Source: Chloroflexota bacterium (GTDB lineage: Bacteria > Chloroflexota > Dehalococcoidia > Lucifugimonadales > JADFKI01). Taken from it: a stretch of DNA of 64,000 nt. The stretch lies in the NCBI GenBank assembly GCA_027623195.1, contig JAQBUT010000022.1:1-64000 (forward strand), in the 5' to 3' direction. The notes beneath the pieces are model-generated. The model saw only the letters and a program-made list of their open reading frames with translations. It was not told the DNA's origin and did not search any database. Every line of letters begins with the position of its first letter. The first letter of the stretch is position 1. Below, piece by piece: positions 49,997-59,417 of this stretch. The translations under genes were made by a program, and so were the position numbers.

Positions 49997-51754
49997 ATGA
50001 ACCCATCGTCATTTCCTACCATTAAAAAGGACCTGGACGCCATGAAGGTGAAGCCGAATCTTGATTACGACAAGGTGCGAGGTAATTTTGACTGGCAGGA
50101 GATGTACGACGAGCTGGACTGGTTGCCAGGTGGAGGCCTTAATAAGGCCCACGAGGCCATAGACCGGCACGCCAACGGCCGTAACCGGGATAAGCTGGCC
50201 ATGATCTGGGAAGGCAAGAACGGCGAAAAGGAGACCTATACCTTCGGCGAGATGAAGGCGCACACCGACAGGTTCGCCAACGTCATCAAGAGCCTAGGCA
50301 TCGTGACTGGCGACCGTGTATTCATTTACATGGAGCGCCTGCCGGAGCTGTACTTCGCCTTCTTTGGCGCGCTGAAGGCTGGGGCTGTGGTAGGCCCGCT
50401 GTTCTCGGCATTCGGTCCGGACCCTGTTAAGGACAGAATGAAGGATAGCGAAGCCAAGATACTTGTCACTCAACCAGATCTGCGTCGCAAGATCACCGAG
50501 ATTATCCCGGAACTGTTCGAGTTGCAGCACATCATAGTTGTCAACAAGGACAATCGCGATCCGCAGCCGCTAAGCACCGCAGACCTTAGTTACGAAGAGG
50601 AGATGGCCAAGCATCCGGCCAACTTCGACATAGTCAACACCAGCCAGTACGACTACTCGATTATGCACTACACCTCTGGAACAACAGGTAAGCCCAAGGG
50701 AGCGGTTCACAGGCATCAGGCCGTTGTCCAGCAATATGCTACGGGTAAGTGGGCGCTGGACCTCCACGAGGACGACATCTACTGGTGCACGGCCGATCCA
50801 GGCTGGGTTACCGGGACCTCTTACGGGATGCTTGCACCCTGGACCAACGGAGTAACCCAACTTATATATGAGGGCGGCTTCAGGGCAAGCAAGTGGTACG
50901 AGCTTATTCAGACGTATAAGGTAACCGTGTGGTACACAGCGCCGACGGCCATTCGAATGCTTATGAAAGCAGGAGACGAGGTGCCTCGGCGCTACGACAT
51001 GTCCAGCCTGCGATTCATGGCAAGCGTTGGCGAGCCTCTCAATCCAGAGGCCGTGGTTTGGGGCAATGAGATCTTCAATATGCCCTTCCACGACAACTGG
51101 TGGCAAACGGAAACGGGCGCGATCATGTGTGCGAACTACGCCTGTCAGGACGTGAAGCCGGGGTCTATGGGCAGGCCTCTGCCGGGAATCGAACTTGGCG
51201 TCGTCGACGAAAACTTTGAGCCGATGCCTGTTGGCGAGGATGGCATCCTGGTGATTAGACCGGGTTGGCCTTCAATGTTCCACGGCTACTGGGAAAACTC
51301 CACTATGTACAACTCTCGTTTTAGAAAGGGCTGGTACATCACCGGGGACAGCGCTCGCGTAGACGAGGACGGCTACTACTGGTTTGTAGGCCGCACCGAC
51401 GACGTGATAAACACCGCAGGCCACCTCGTTGGACCGTTCGAGGTTGAAAGCGCGCTGATCGAGCACCCAGCCGTCGCAGAGGCAGGCGTCATAGGCAAGC
51501 CAGACCCCATAGCCATGGAGGTAGTCAAAGCCTTCGTTTCGCTGAAGGACGGGTACGAGGCATCGACGGAACTGAGGCAGGAGCTGATGCGCTTCAGCCG
51601 TTCTAAACTCTCGGCCGCAGTGGCCCCGAGGGAGATCGAGTTTGTGGCTTCGCTGCCCAAGACCCGCAGCGGCAAGATAATGCGACGCCTGTTGAAGGCC
51701 CGCGAGCTAGGCCTCCCCGAGGGCGACACAAGCACCCTGGAAGATGACGATTGA
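49997..51754 (+). CDS. acsA: Acetate--CoA ligase
   Basis: [52 protein letters not shown]. Confidence 0.93.
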   Translation: MNPSSFPTIKKDLDAMKVKPNLDYDKVRGNFDWQEMYDELDWLPGGGLNKAHEAIDRHANGRNRDKLAMIWEGKNGEKETYTFGEMKAHTDRFANVIKSLGIVTGDRVFIYMERLPELYFAFFGALKAGAVVGPLFSAFGPDPVKDRMKDSEAKILVTQPDLRRKITEIIPELFELQHIIVVNKDNRDPQPLSTADLSYEEEMAKHPANFDIVNTSQYDYSIMHYTSGTTGKPKGAVHRHQAVVQQYATGKWALDLHEDDIYWCTADPGWVTGTSYGMLAPWTNGVTQLIYEGGFRASKWYELIQTYKVTVWYTAPTAIRMLMKAGDEVPRRYDMSSLRFMASVGEPLNPEAVVWGNEIFNMPFHDNWWQTETGAIMCANYACQDVKPGSMGRPLPGIELGVVDENFEPMPVGEDGILVIRPGWPSMFHGYWENSTMYNSRFRKGWYITGDSARVDEDGYYWFVGRTDDVINTAGHLVGPFEVESALIEHPAVAEAGVIGKPDPIAMEVVKAFVSLKDGYEASTELRQELMRFSRSKLSAAVAPREIEFVASLPKTRSGKIMRRLLKARELGLPEGDTSTLEDDD

Positions 51755-51880
51755 GAGCAGCCAGCTATTGGCCGTCAGCGGTCAGCATTTCCGGCCGCCC
51801 GCTGTTGCGATGGCCTTAGCCGAATTATGTCGGAGAGAATTACGAAGCTGAAAGCTCATAACTGAAAGCTGACGGCTAAT
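51755..51880. repeat. Intergenic short-repeat element with terminal inverted repeat
   Basis: ATTGGCCGTCAGC (51767) / GCTGACGGCTAAT (51868) plus heptamer-like GTCAGC and GCTGAAA repeats. Confidence 0.5.
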
Positions 51881-51897
51881 CACCCGGAGGTATCCAC

Positions 51898-53130
51898 TTG
51901 AAAATCTGCTGGTTCCACTTAATGCCGTACAGGTTCCTTCCCAAAGATTTTGAGGAAAAGTACAGGAGCGTCTGGGTTGACGTGCCAAGCGAGCTTTTCG
52001 AGCCTGAGAAGGCTCACCAGCTCTACAACGAATACCTGGATGAGTTGGAGTTCGCAGACGAGATGGGCTTCGATGGCATCTGCGTTAACGAGCACCACAA
52101 CAACGCCTACGGCATTATGCCGTCGCCCAACATCACGGCGGCGACGCTGACCAGGCGGACCTCCAACGCCGCTATCATCGTTCTGGGCAATAGCCTGGCA
52201 CTTTACAACCCTCCCATTCGAGTGGCGGAGGAGTTCGCCATGCTGGACTGCATCAGCGGCGGGCGTCTGGTTGCCGGATTCCCCGTAGGCACGTCTATGG
52301 ACACCAACTACGCTTACGGCGAAAACCCGGCGACGCTTCGAGAGAAGTACTACGAGGCCCACGACCTTGTCATCAAAGCATGGACCGAACCGGAGCCTTT
52401 TGCCTTCAACGGCAAGTTCACTAAGTCCCGATACGTGAATATCTGGCCCAGGCCTCTGCAGAAGCCGCACCCGCCTGTGTGGATACCGGGCGGCGGCAGC
52501 GTGGAGACGTGGGAGTGGACGGCCAACATGGACTACGTCTACTGCTACCTGAGCTACTCTGGCTACAAGCGCGGCATTGAGGTTATGAACGGCTTTTGGA
52601 AGCAGATGAGGGGTATGGGTGTCGACGACAACCCTTACCGCGCCGGATTCCTCCAGCTCGTCTGCGTGGCCGAGACTGACGAGAAGGCCAAAGAGCTTTA
52701 CGCCGAGCATGTGGAGTACTTCTACAAGAAGTGCCTGCACGTTTACGAAGGTTTCTCCGAAGCGCCAGGGTATCGAACCATACGCACGTTAAAGACCGGC
52801 TCGGTGGCCCAGGTGGGAGCGGCAGCCAATGCCCAGCGCCAGGCCATGACCTGGGACGATTACGTTGAGCAGGGCTACGTCATTGCGGGTAGTCCTGAGA
52901 CGGTGATTAAGAACCTTCGAAGCGCTGTCGAGGGCTTGCACGTAGGTCACCTTATGACCCTGTTGCAGATCGGCAGCATGCCCAAAGAACTCACGATGAA
53001 GAACACAGAGATGTTCGCCACGCTGGTCAAACCGCACGTGGAAAATATGTGGGATGAGTACGAGGACCGCTGGTGGCCGAAACCTCTGGAACAGCGGCAA
53101 ATTGCGGGATCAGCCTCGGCTGGCGATTAA
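51898..53130 (+). CDS. LLM class flavin-dependent oxidoreductase (luciferase-like)
   Basis: GFDGICVNEHH, PIRVAEEFAMLD.ISGGRL, WPRPLQKPHPPVW, IAGSPETV. Confidence 0.93.
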   Translation: MKICWFHLMPYRFLPKDFEEKYRSVWVDVPSELFEPEKAHQLYNEYLDELEFADEMGFDGICVNEHHNNAYGIMPSPNITAATLTRRTSNAAIIVLGNSLALYNPPIRVAEEFAMLDCISGGRLVAGFPVGTSMDTNYAYGENPATLREKYYEAHDLVIKAWTEPEPFAFNGKFTKSRYVNIWPRPLQKPHPPVWIPGGGSVETWEWTANMDYVYCYLSYSGYKRGIEVMNGFWKQMRGMGVDDNPYRAGFLQLVCVAETDEKAKELYAEHVEYFYKKCLHVYEGFSEAPGYRTIRTLKTGSVAQVGAAANAQRQAMTWDDYVEQGYVIAGSPETVIKNLRSAVEGLHVGHLMTLLQIGSMPKELTMKNTEMFATLVKPHVENMWDEYEDRWWPKPLEQRQIAGSASAGD

Positions 53131-53187
53131 CTTTCCTTAGAACACAAGAGAACACAAGAAAGCAAGAAATTTACACGGGAGTTGAGA

Positions 53188-53979
53188 ATGGTCCTGCAGC
53201 AGGATATAACGACAGTAGAGGTCGGAGCTATTCAGGTTCAGGTCGCCAAGAAGGGGCAGGGCGAACCGCTGGTCTATCTGCACGGCGCATTTGCCTACCA
53301 GGGTTGGCATCCCTTCCTGGATAAGCTCGCCGAGCGGTTCACAGTGTACGCGCCGGTGCAGCCGGGATTCTCCGAGAACAACGGCATCGATCATATCGAT
53401 GATGTTCTAGAACTCGCCCTGCACCACATAGACCTTTTGGAGGCGTTGGGACTGGATAAGCCCAACGTAGTCGGCCATTTCATTGGCGGCATGATTGCGG
53501 CGGAGATGGCTGCGATCTGTCCTCACAACCTGGGCAAGCTAGTTTTGGCAGCGCCCGCAGGCCTTTGGCTGGACGACGCCCCCGGTGTAGATTACTTTGC
53601 CACGCCCGCAACGGAGCTAAGGACGGTCCTGTTTGCCGATCCCGAGTCAGCGGTGGCCACGGCGCTGCTGCCTGTGCCGCAGACGGACGAGGAACGCGGC
53701 ACGCAGGCGATAGACCGTGTGCGGTCGCTGAGCACTGTCGGAAAATTCCTGTGGCCTCTGCCGGACCGGGGCCTCAAGCGTCGTATGGGACGGATCAAGT
53801 CGCCCACGCTGATCGTGGTGGGCGAGAACGACCAGATAATCCCGGCTTCTTATGCCCACGAGTTCACGGACCGCATTCCTGGTTCCACGCAGCATACGAT
53901 TGCCGGGGTAGGCCACCTGTTCCAGCTTGAGCAGCCAGACGAGTTCGCAAGGCTGGTAACGGACTTTTTGGGTAGCTGA
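53188..53979 (+). CDS. Alpha/beta hydrolase fold protein (nucleophile position is Phe)
   Basis: LVYLHG, GHFIGG, PTLIVVGEND, GVGH...EQP. Confidence 0.88.
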   Translation: MVLQQDITTVEVGAIQVQVAKKGQGEPLVYLHGAFAYQGWHPFLDKLAERFTVYAPVQPGFSENNGIDHIDDVLELALHHIDLLEALGLDKPNVVGHFIGGMIAAEMAAICPHNLGKLVLAAPAGLWLDDAPGVDYFATPATELRTVLFADPESAVATALLPVPQTDEERGTQAIDRVRSLSTVGKFLWPLPDRGLKRRMGRIKSPTLIVVGENDQIIPASYAHEFTDRIPGSTQHTIAGVGHLFQLEQPDEFARLVTDFLGS

Positions 53980-54012
53980 GCGAGCCGTCAATTCACAAAC
54001 GAGGTTGGACAT

Positions 54013-54957
54013 TTGAGTAGCGCACACATACCCGAGGGCGCGGAGGTCCCGGACCCGTTTCTGGAAGAGGTGAGTCCCGGCATTTACGCGTATATCCAGT
54101 TGGACGGAAGCTGGGGGCTGAACAACGCCGGGTTCATCGTAGGTGAGGACGCGGTTACGGTGATCGACTCCTGCTTCAACGAGAAGCGGGCCAGAGCCTA
54201 CAATGCCGCCATAGCCAGCGTCACCAGCCTGCCCGTGCGCACGCTGGTGAACACCCACCATCATGGCGACCACACCAACGGCAATTACCTTTCCCCGCAG
54301 GCCACAATAATAGGCCACGAGCAGTGCAGGGAGTGGATGATTAACACCGCCGTCTCCTCGAATAGACATGCGGGCCTGTTTCCCGACGTGGAGTGGGGCG
54401 ACATCGAGATTGCGCCGCCCTTCGTGACCTTTGAGGACAGGCTGAACATATACGTTGGCGACCTCAAGGTAGAGGCCAAGTTCGTTGGCCCCGCCCATAC
54501 GACAAACGACGTTATTCTCTGGATACCGGAGCGCAAGCTGCTCTTCTCCGGAGACATCATCTTCAACGGCGGCACGCCTTTCGTGTCCATGGGCTCGTTG
54601 GCAGGCTCTCTACGGGCGCTGGAAGAGATCAGGGCGTTGGGCGCGGAGAAGATCGTTCCTGGCCATGGCCTGGTCTGCGGTGCTGAGCAGATCGACGTGC
54701 AGGTAGCCTACCTCAGGTTCCTGCAGGAGGTCGCTCGCAAGGGCTTCGACGCGGGCCAGACGCCTCTGGAGGCTGCGATGGCTACGGAGTTGGGGCAATT
54801 CGCATCGTTGACCGACCCTGAAAGGTTGGCGGGCAACCTGCACCGCGCCTACTCGGAGATTCGCGGTGAGCCATTCGGGACCACGCTCGACCTTCCCACG
54901 GTAGTTGCCGACATGATGGCCTACAACGGCGGCAACCCCGTACGCTGCGTGGCGTAA
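54013..54957 (+). CDS. MBL fold metallo-hydrolase (cyclase-like)
   Basis: NTHHHGDHTNGN, AHTTND, FSGD, VPGHG. Confidence 0.9.
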   Translation: MSSAHIPEGAEVPDPFLEEVSPGIYAYIQLDGSWGLNNAGFIVGEDAVTVIDSCFNEKRARAYNAAIASVTSLPVRTLVNTHHHGDHTNGNYLSPQATIIGHEQCREWMINTAVSSNRHAGLFPDVEWGDIEIAPPFVTFEDRLNIYVGDLKVEAKFVGPAHTTNDVILWIPERKLLFSGDIIFNGGTPFVSMGSLAGSLRALEEIRALGAEKIVPGHGLVCGAEQIDVQVAYLRFLQEVARKGFDAGQTPLEAAMATELGQFASLTDPERLAGNLHRAYSEIRGEPFGTTLDLPTVVADMMAYNGGNPVRCVA

Positions 54958-54995
54958 TTTTTTGGATTGCTGAAAGCTAATGGCTCGAAGCTGGC

Positions 54996-56321
54996 TCACG
55001 ACCTGGACACCTTGCGCACAAACGTCACCAGGAACAGCGTGATGAGGAACAGGCCAAAGATGGACTCTAGCGCGCCGAGGTTATGCGTCCAGCCTTCGGG
55101 CGCAATGCCGTCCGTCTCCACCCAACTGCCGTAGCCCAGGTTCGTGAACGACACGGTGGAAAAGTAAAGCGCCTTCCACAGCCGATCAGAAAACGTGCCC
55201 CATGCCTTCCAGGTGGTAACGTCTATGGCCGAGTAGTTGAAGTAGGCGAGGGAGAAGCCCAATACGCAGGCCAGCGCCCCCAGCAGTGCCCGCGAAGGCA
55301 TTTCACCGAACCCCGCCACGACCTGGAACAATAACAAGACGGCAGACTCGGCCTTGTGCTGCGCGCGCTGTTTTCTGGCAGAGGCCTCAGTTAGCCAAAA
55401 CCGCTTGCGGCGCATGATCATCTCGCGGAAGTGGAACTCCCCGGCGATGTCGTACTGCCCATTATTGGTATACCACAGTTTCAGGCTACGGTATGCGGCC
55501 TCGGCCTTTTGGTAGGATCCGAAATCGTTCGCCATCCGCTCATTGCCCAGAACGTAGCCTGCGCTCCAGTCCACATCCTCCAATAGCGCTTCTTTCAGCT
55601 CAGTGCCATAAAGGAATGCCCCCTGTAGCTGTGCGCTATCGAGCCGTGCCCCCTGTAGCTGCGCCCTCCAGAGGATTGCCCCCTGTAGCTGCGCGTAAAA
55701 AAGGCTTGCCCCTTGTAGCTGCGCGCCGTCGAGCTGTGCCCCCTGAAGTTGCGCGCTATCGAGCCGTGCCCCCTGAAGTTGCGCGAAGTCGAGGGAAGCC
55801 CCCTGTAGCTCCGCGCTATGGAGCCATGCCCCCTGAAGTTGCGCGCTATCGAGCCGTGCCCCCTGAAGTTGCGCGCCATCGAGCCGTGCCCCCTGTAGCT
55901 CCGCGCTATGGAGCCATGCCCCCTGAAGTTGCGCGCCGTCGAGCTGTGCCCCCTGAAGTTGCGCGCCATCGAGCCGTGCCCCCTGTAGCTGCGCCCTCCA
56001 AAGTCTTACCCGTTTGCCGTCTTCGTTTCGCGATATGATGGCCCCAGAAAGGTTGACGCCGTACTCTAGGAATGTATTAGTCCATGGCGGTAGCTGACCA
56101 CCGTTAATCTCGGACCAGGTTTCCGCCCTCTGCCGCACCGTGTCCTGACTCAGGTCTATTTCGGTCAGGTCAGCACTCAGCACCCCATCGAACCCCCGAA
56201 ATGGCGTGTACCTGTCGAAATCTGGCTCGTTTTTATGGTTCTCGAACCACTGCTCCATCAGGCGCAGCACGTCATCGGTGTCTAGGCGTGGTCTCGGGAT
56301 GCTGTCATCAGGCTGGCTCAT
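54996..56321 (-). CDS. Pentapeptide-repeat protein with C-terminal Ion_trans_2-like channel domain
   Basis: Long run of A(Q/E)LQG / AxLxx pentapeptides; TM - YFSTVSFTNLGYG pore - TM. Confidence 0.85.
   Translation of the reverse strand: MSQPDDSIPRPRLDTDDVLRLMEQWFENHKNEPDFDRYTPFRGFDGVLSADLTEIDLSQDTVRQRAETWSEINGGQLPPWTNTFLEYGVNLSGAIISRNEDGKRVRLWRAQLQGARLDGAQLQGAQLDGAQLQGAWLHSAELQGARLDGAQLQGARLDSAQLQGAWLHSAELQGASLDFAQLQGARLDSAQLQGAQLDGAQLQGASLFYAQLQGAILWRAQLQGARLDSAQLQGAFLYGTELKEALLEDVDWSAGYVLGNERMANDFGSYQKAEAAYRSLKLWYTNNGQYDIAGEFHFREMIMRRKRFWLTEASARKQRAQHKAESAVLLLFQVVAGFGEMPSRALLGALACVLGFSLAYFNYSAIDVTTWKAWGTFSDRLWKALYFSTVSFTNLGYGSWVETDGIAPEGWTHNLGALESIFGLFLITLFLVTFVRKVSRS
55621..56010. repeat. 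Coding tandem repeat, 13 x 30 nt
   Basis: Unit approx. CCCTG(A/T)AG(T/C)TGCGCGC.ATCGAGCCGTGCC; units at 55741=55831, 55801=55891 and 55861=55951 are identical. Confidence 0.92.
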
Positions 56322-56324
56322 CTT

Positions 56325-58076
56325 CTACTCCCGCGCCACCACAGGCAGCGTTACGTAAGACGCGTGCGCTCCGGAGTGCATTACGGTTTGCAGGGCCGAT
56401 ACGAACTCCGCCTCCCCACCGATGGGGCCGCCAGTGTTCAGGTTGCGGTCGAAGCGAGGGAAGTTGCTGGACGATACCTCCAAACGAATCTTGTGGCCCT
56501 TCTTGAAGACGTTGCTGGTCGCCCACAGGTCGATGTTGAACTCGTAGACCTGGCCCGGCGTTAGCAGTTCGGCTGGCTGCCTGGGATTGCGGTACCTGGC
56601 CCTGATGATGCTGTCCGTCAGGTTCCTGGCGAACCCGTTAGGCTCCACATCGACCAGTTTCGCCGTGAAGTCGGTGTCCACCGCTGAGCTGGCCGCGAAT
56701 AGCGTCACCGACACCGGCCCCGTCACCTCAACGTCGCGCTCCAACGGCGGGGTTGAGTAAACAAGCACGTCGTTGCGCTCCTCGATGGGCCGCTGGTCGA
56801 ACGCTCCGGGAGGCATAAAACCAGGGTCGCAGCACAGGCCGCCACCGCTGGTTGGCACCGGGAACAGGGGATTGTAGTGGTAAACGTCCGGCGGCTCGTT
56901 GCCCGGCGTTTCCTGTCCGAGGGTGCCGTCGCCGTTAAGGGAGTTAGCCCTTCCCTGGCTATGCAGGTAGAACCTCGTCTCCTGGGCGCGCTTCAGAGGC
57001 CATTCGTCCTCGTAGCGCCACTGGTTGTCGCCCATAACGAAGATGCGCACCGGCTTATCATCCGCCACGCCGTTGTCCTCGCCCTTGAGAAAGTGGTCGT
57101 AGAAGCGCAATTGCATCCCCTGCAGGTCCACCGCCAACGCCGAGGACCTGGTGCCGAAGTTGAAGGCACCCGACACGTTCATGGGCGTTCCGCTGTGAAT
57201 CCATGGGCCTATTATCAGACGCTGACCGTTGCGGGCCTGCTCGGTAGCGCCGTTCTCCCTCATACGACTGTAGTTCTTAATGGAGCCTCCCATGAATATG
57301 TCGTACCAGCCGCCCATATTCAGCGCCGGCGTGGTGATCTCCGAGTGGGACTCCTCGATGGATACAGCCTTCCAGTAGTCGTCGTACTCGGGGTGCGCCA
57401 GCCAGTCGTAGTAGTAAGGCGCGATGCCGCCCTTGAGGTGCGGCACGTCCATTGCGGGCAAATGGGAGAAGCCGCCGGTGAGGTTGTCCTTAGCCTTAAT
57501 AAAGTTCTCGAGGTCGGACGGGCTTTTGCCCAGGTCCCTGGCAAGCTTGCCCCAGTTCGCTGCGGACAATGAGCCCATGGACCACGAGAGGTTAAAGCCT
57601 AGCTCGAAAGCGCCGCCCTGCCAGGCCCAGCCTTCGTGGTAATCCGAGGCCGTGAAGCCCGGCGCCATGGCCTTTAAGGACGGCGGCTTGGCCTTGGCTG
57701 CCAGCCACTGTGTCGCGCCGACGTAAGATATGCCGTACGTGCCAACCTTGCCTGTACACCAGGGCTGGCCGGCCAGCCACTCGATTGAGTCGTAGCCGTC
57801 GTTTATCTCGTTGGTGAAGGTGTAGAACTCGCCTTCGGATGTATATCGTCCACGCACGTCCTGAACTACTGCGGCGTACCCGTTGGTTGCAGCCCTTATG
57901 GCGTCCAGGGTCCCAACGCGATTCATTTGCGCGCCCTTGTCGTAAGGCGTCCGCGTAATAAGGCCGGGGAACTGACCTGGCGCGTCTGGCCGAAAGACGT
58001 CGCCGTATAGAGTTATGCCGTCTCTCATCTTTACTGGGACGTTGAAATCCACCTTCACGGAGTACTGAGTTGCCAT
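56325..58076 (-). CDS. CocE/NonD family hydrolase
   Basis: MRDGITL, RTPYDK, QDVRGR..SEG, GISYVG, GWYD, IGPWIH, SSSNFPRFDRN. Confidence 0.93.
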   Translation of the reverse strand: MATQYSVKVDFNVPVKMRDGITLYGDVFRPDAPGQFPGLITRTPYDKGAQMNRVGTLDAIRAATNGYAAVVQDVRGRYTSEGEFYTFTNEINDGYDSIEWLAGQPWCTGKVGTYGISYVGATQWLAAKAKPPSLKAMAPGFTASDYHEGWAWQGGAFELGFNLSWSMGSLSAANWGKLARDLGKSPSDLENFIKAKDNLTGGFSHLPAMDVPHLKGGIAPYYYDWLAHPEYDDYWKAVSIEESHSEITTPALNMGGWYDIFMGGSIKNYSRMRENGATEQARNGQRLIIGPWIHSGTPMNVSGAFNFGTRSSALAVDLQGMQLRFYDHFLKGEDNGVADDKPVRIFVMGDNQWRYEDEWPLKRAQETRFYLHSQGRANSLNGDGTLGQETPGNEPPDVYHYNPLFPVPTSGGGLCCDPGFMPPGAFDQRPIEERNDVLVYSTPPLERDVEVTGPVSVTLFAASSAVDTDFTAKLVDVEPNGFARNLTDSIIRARYRNPRQPAELLTPGQVYEFNIDLWATSNVFKKGHKIRLEVSSSNFPRFDRNLNTGGPIGGEAEFVSALQTVMHSGAHASYVTLPVVARE

Positions 58077-58285
58077 AGTCACCTCGGCTTTCCTTACGAA
58101 CGGGTTGGTATTGGCGTGAATTTAGCATAGCGGACGTGGAGCGGCAACCCTGCATCGTTAAGTTTCCCGCTTAGCCAGGTTCTCAGTATTCGTACGCATG
58201 GCGATATGCTATCTGTGCCTTTTAAAGCAGTCTCTGGCATATCCAAAAATTGCCCACGCATTGGGTGATAATCTGCCGGGTGGGG

Positions 58286-58314
58286 TTGACAAATTGGTCG
58301 CAAAATGATACTTT
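58286..58314 (+). promoter_or_regulatory. Sigma70-type promoter with extended -10
   Basis: TTGACA-N17-TACTTT preceded by TGn. Confidence 0.65.
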
Positions 58315-58523
58315 ATTGCGCCACAAGTCACTCGCTTGTTTACTGTCGGTCTGGAATTATCTAGATTTGGCTTGATCGGGCCGCTTGCCGAAGCTTATGA
58401 GGGGTATAGGTTAGGCGCCAAAGGCCCGACAGGTGGAATAAACACCTCGGTTTTCGGGGTGTCGTATTAGTTGTCTTCCGGCTTTGCCAATCTTCAATGG
58501 TAGGGCCATAGAGAGGGGCGGGA

Positions 58524-59252
58524 ATGAAAGTGCTGTTCTTCAGCCAGGACGGCGAGCGCGTGGAGCAATTCGTGCTTGCACTCAGGCTATGATGGCCTGA
58601 TCTTAAACCGTTAGTAGTTTCCCAGGGTGGCGTAGGCATTCAGGTCGTCGAGCAAGAAGAACCCGACCTGGTAATGATGTGCGACGATCTGCCGGATCTT
58701 AGTATGTGGCAGGCCATCCGAGAAATTCGGAGGTTCTCCGATATTCCTGTAATCGTAGCCACGGAATGCCATGACGAGATGGACGTGGTGAAGGCAATAG
58801 AGCTGGGGGCCGACGATTACATCAGCATGCCAACCAATCTAATGATTGTTGTGGCGAGAATCGTGGCCCTCATGCGCCGCGTGGGTCTGTCCAGGGATCG
58901 CACCGAGGAAGGTCCCATATTCTGCGGCGAGCTCGTAATTAATCCAGCAACATACGAGGTCTACCTGGGTAGTGAGCGGCTCATGCTCACGCCAACCGAG
59001 TTCAAGCTGCTTTACCTTCTCGCCAAGAACAGGCATATGACGCTCTCGCAGGAGTTCATACAGAGGGTTATCTGGGCCGACGATATCGAGGCCGGCGATA
59101 CGCTGAAAAAGTATGTTCAGCGCCTCCGCAGGAAGCTCGGAGACGACGCACGGAACCCTATATGGATAAAGACCGTTCACGGCGTTGGCTATCGTTTCAG
59201 TTCCCCGACGCCCATACCTACGGAGCCCACATCTGCAGGGGCTATCCACTAG
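58524..59252 (+). pseudogene. OmpR-family atypical response regulator interrupted by in-frame TGA at 58590
   Basis: MKVLFFSQDGERVEQFVLALRL*WPDLKPLVVSQGGVGIQVVEQEEPDLVMMCDDLPD continues in frame into ORF 58674-59252; intact wHTH (LTPTEFKLL, RLRRKL, TVHGVGY). Confidence 0.82.
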
Positions 59253-59262
59253 ATATTTGTAG

Positions 59263-59301
59263 AGTCTAAGGACTGGCTCTCCGCCAGTCCTTAGACTTAT
59301 T
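59263..59301 (+). terminator. Stem-loop after the first regulator
   Basis: Perfect 15-bp stem AGTCTAAGGACTGGC/GCCAGTCCTTAGACT with a short T-rich tail. Confidence 0.75.
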
Positions 59302-59417
59302 CACGCTTCTGAGCAATCCCCTGGGTACCATCCTTCACGCCCGTTCACTAATGTTCACTTTAAATTCCCCTTTTGGGAACGTACTTTTCCCCATTTTGTT
59401 CAATCCCGAAGCATACG

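Noticed and set aside
53139..53168. AGAACACAAG tandem duplication
   Set aside because: Only about 2.5 copies of a 10-mer in a short spacer; no functional evidence
55621..56010. 30-nt periodic array as a CRISPR
   Set aside because: Units are contiguous with no unique spacers, encode in-frame pentapeptide repeats, and no cas genes are present
58590..58592. TGA as selenocysteine
   Set aside because: The position is not a Cys-equivalent site and no convincing SECIS hairpin follows; CGA-to-TGA is simpler
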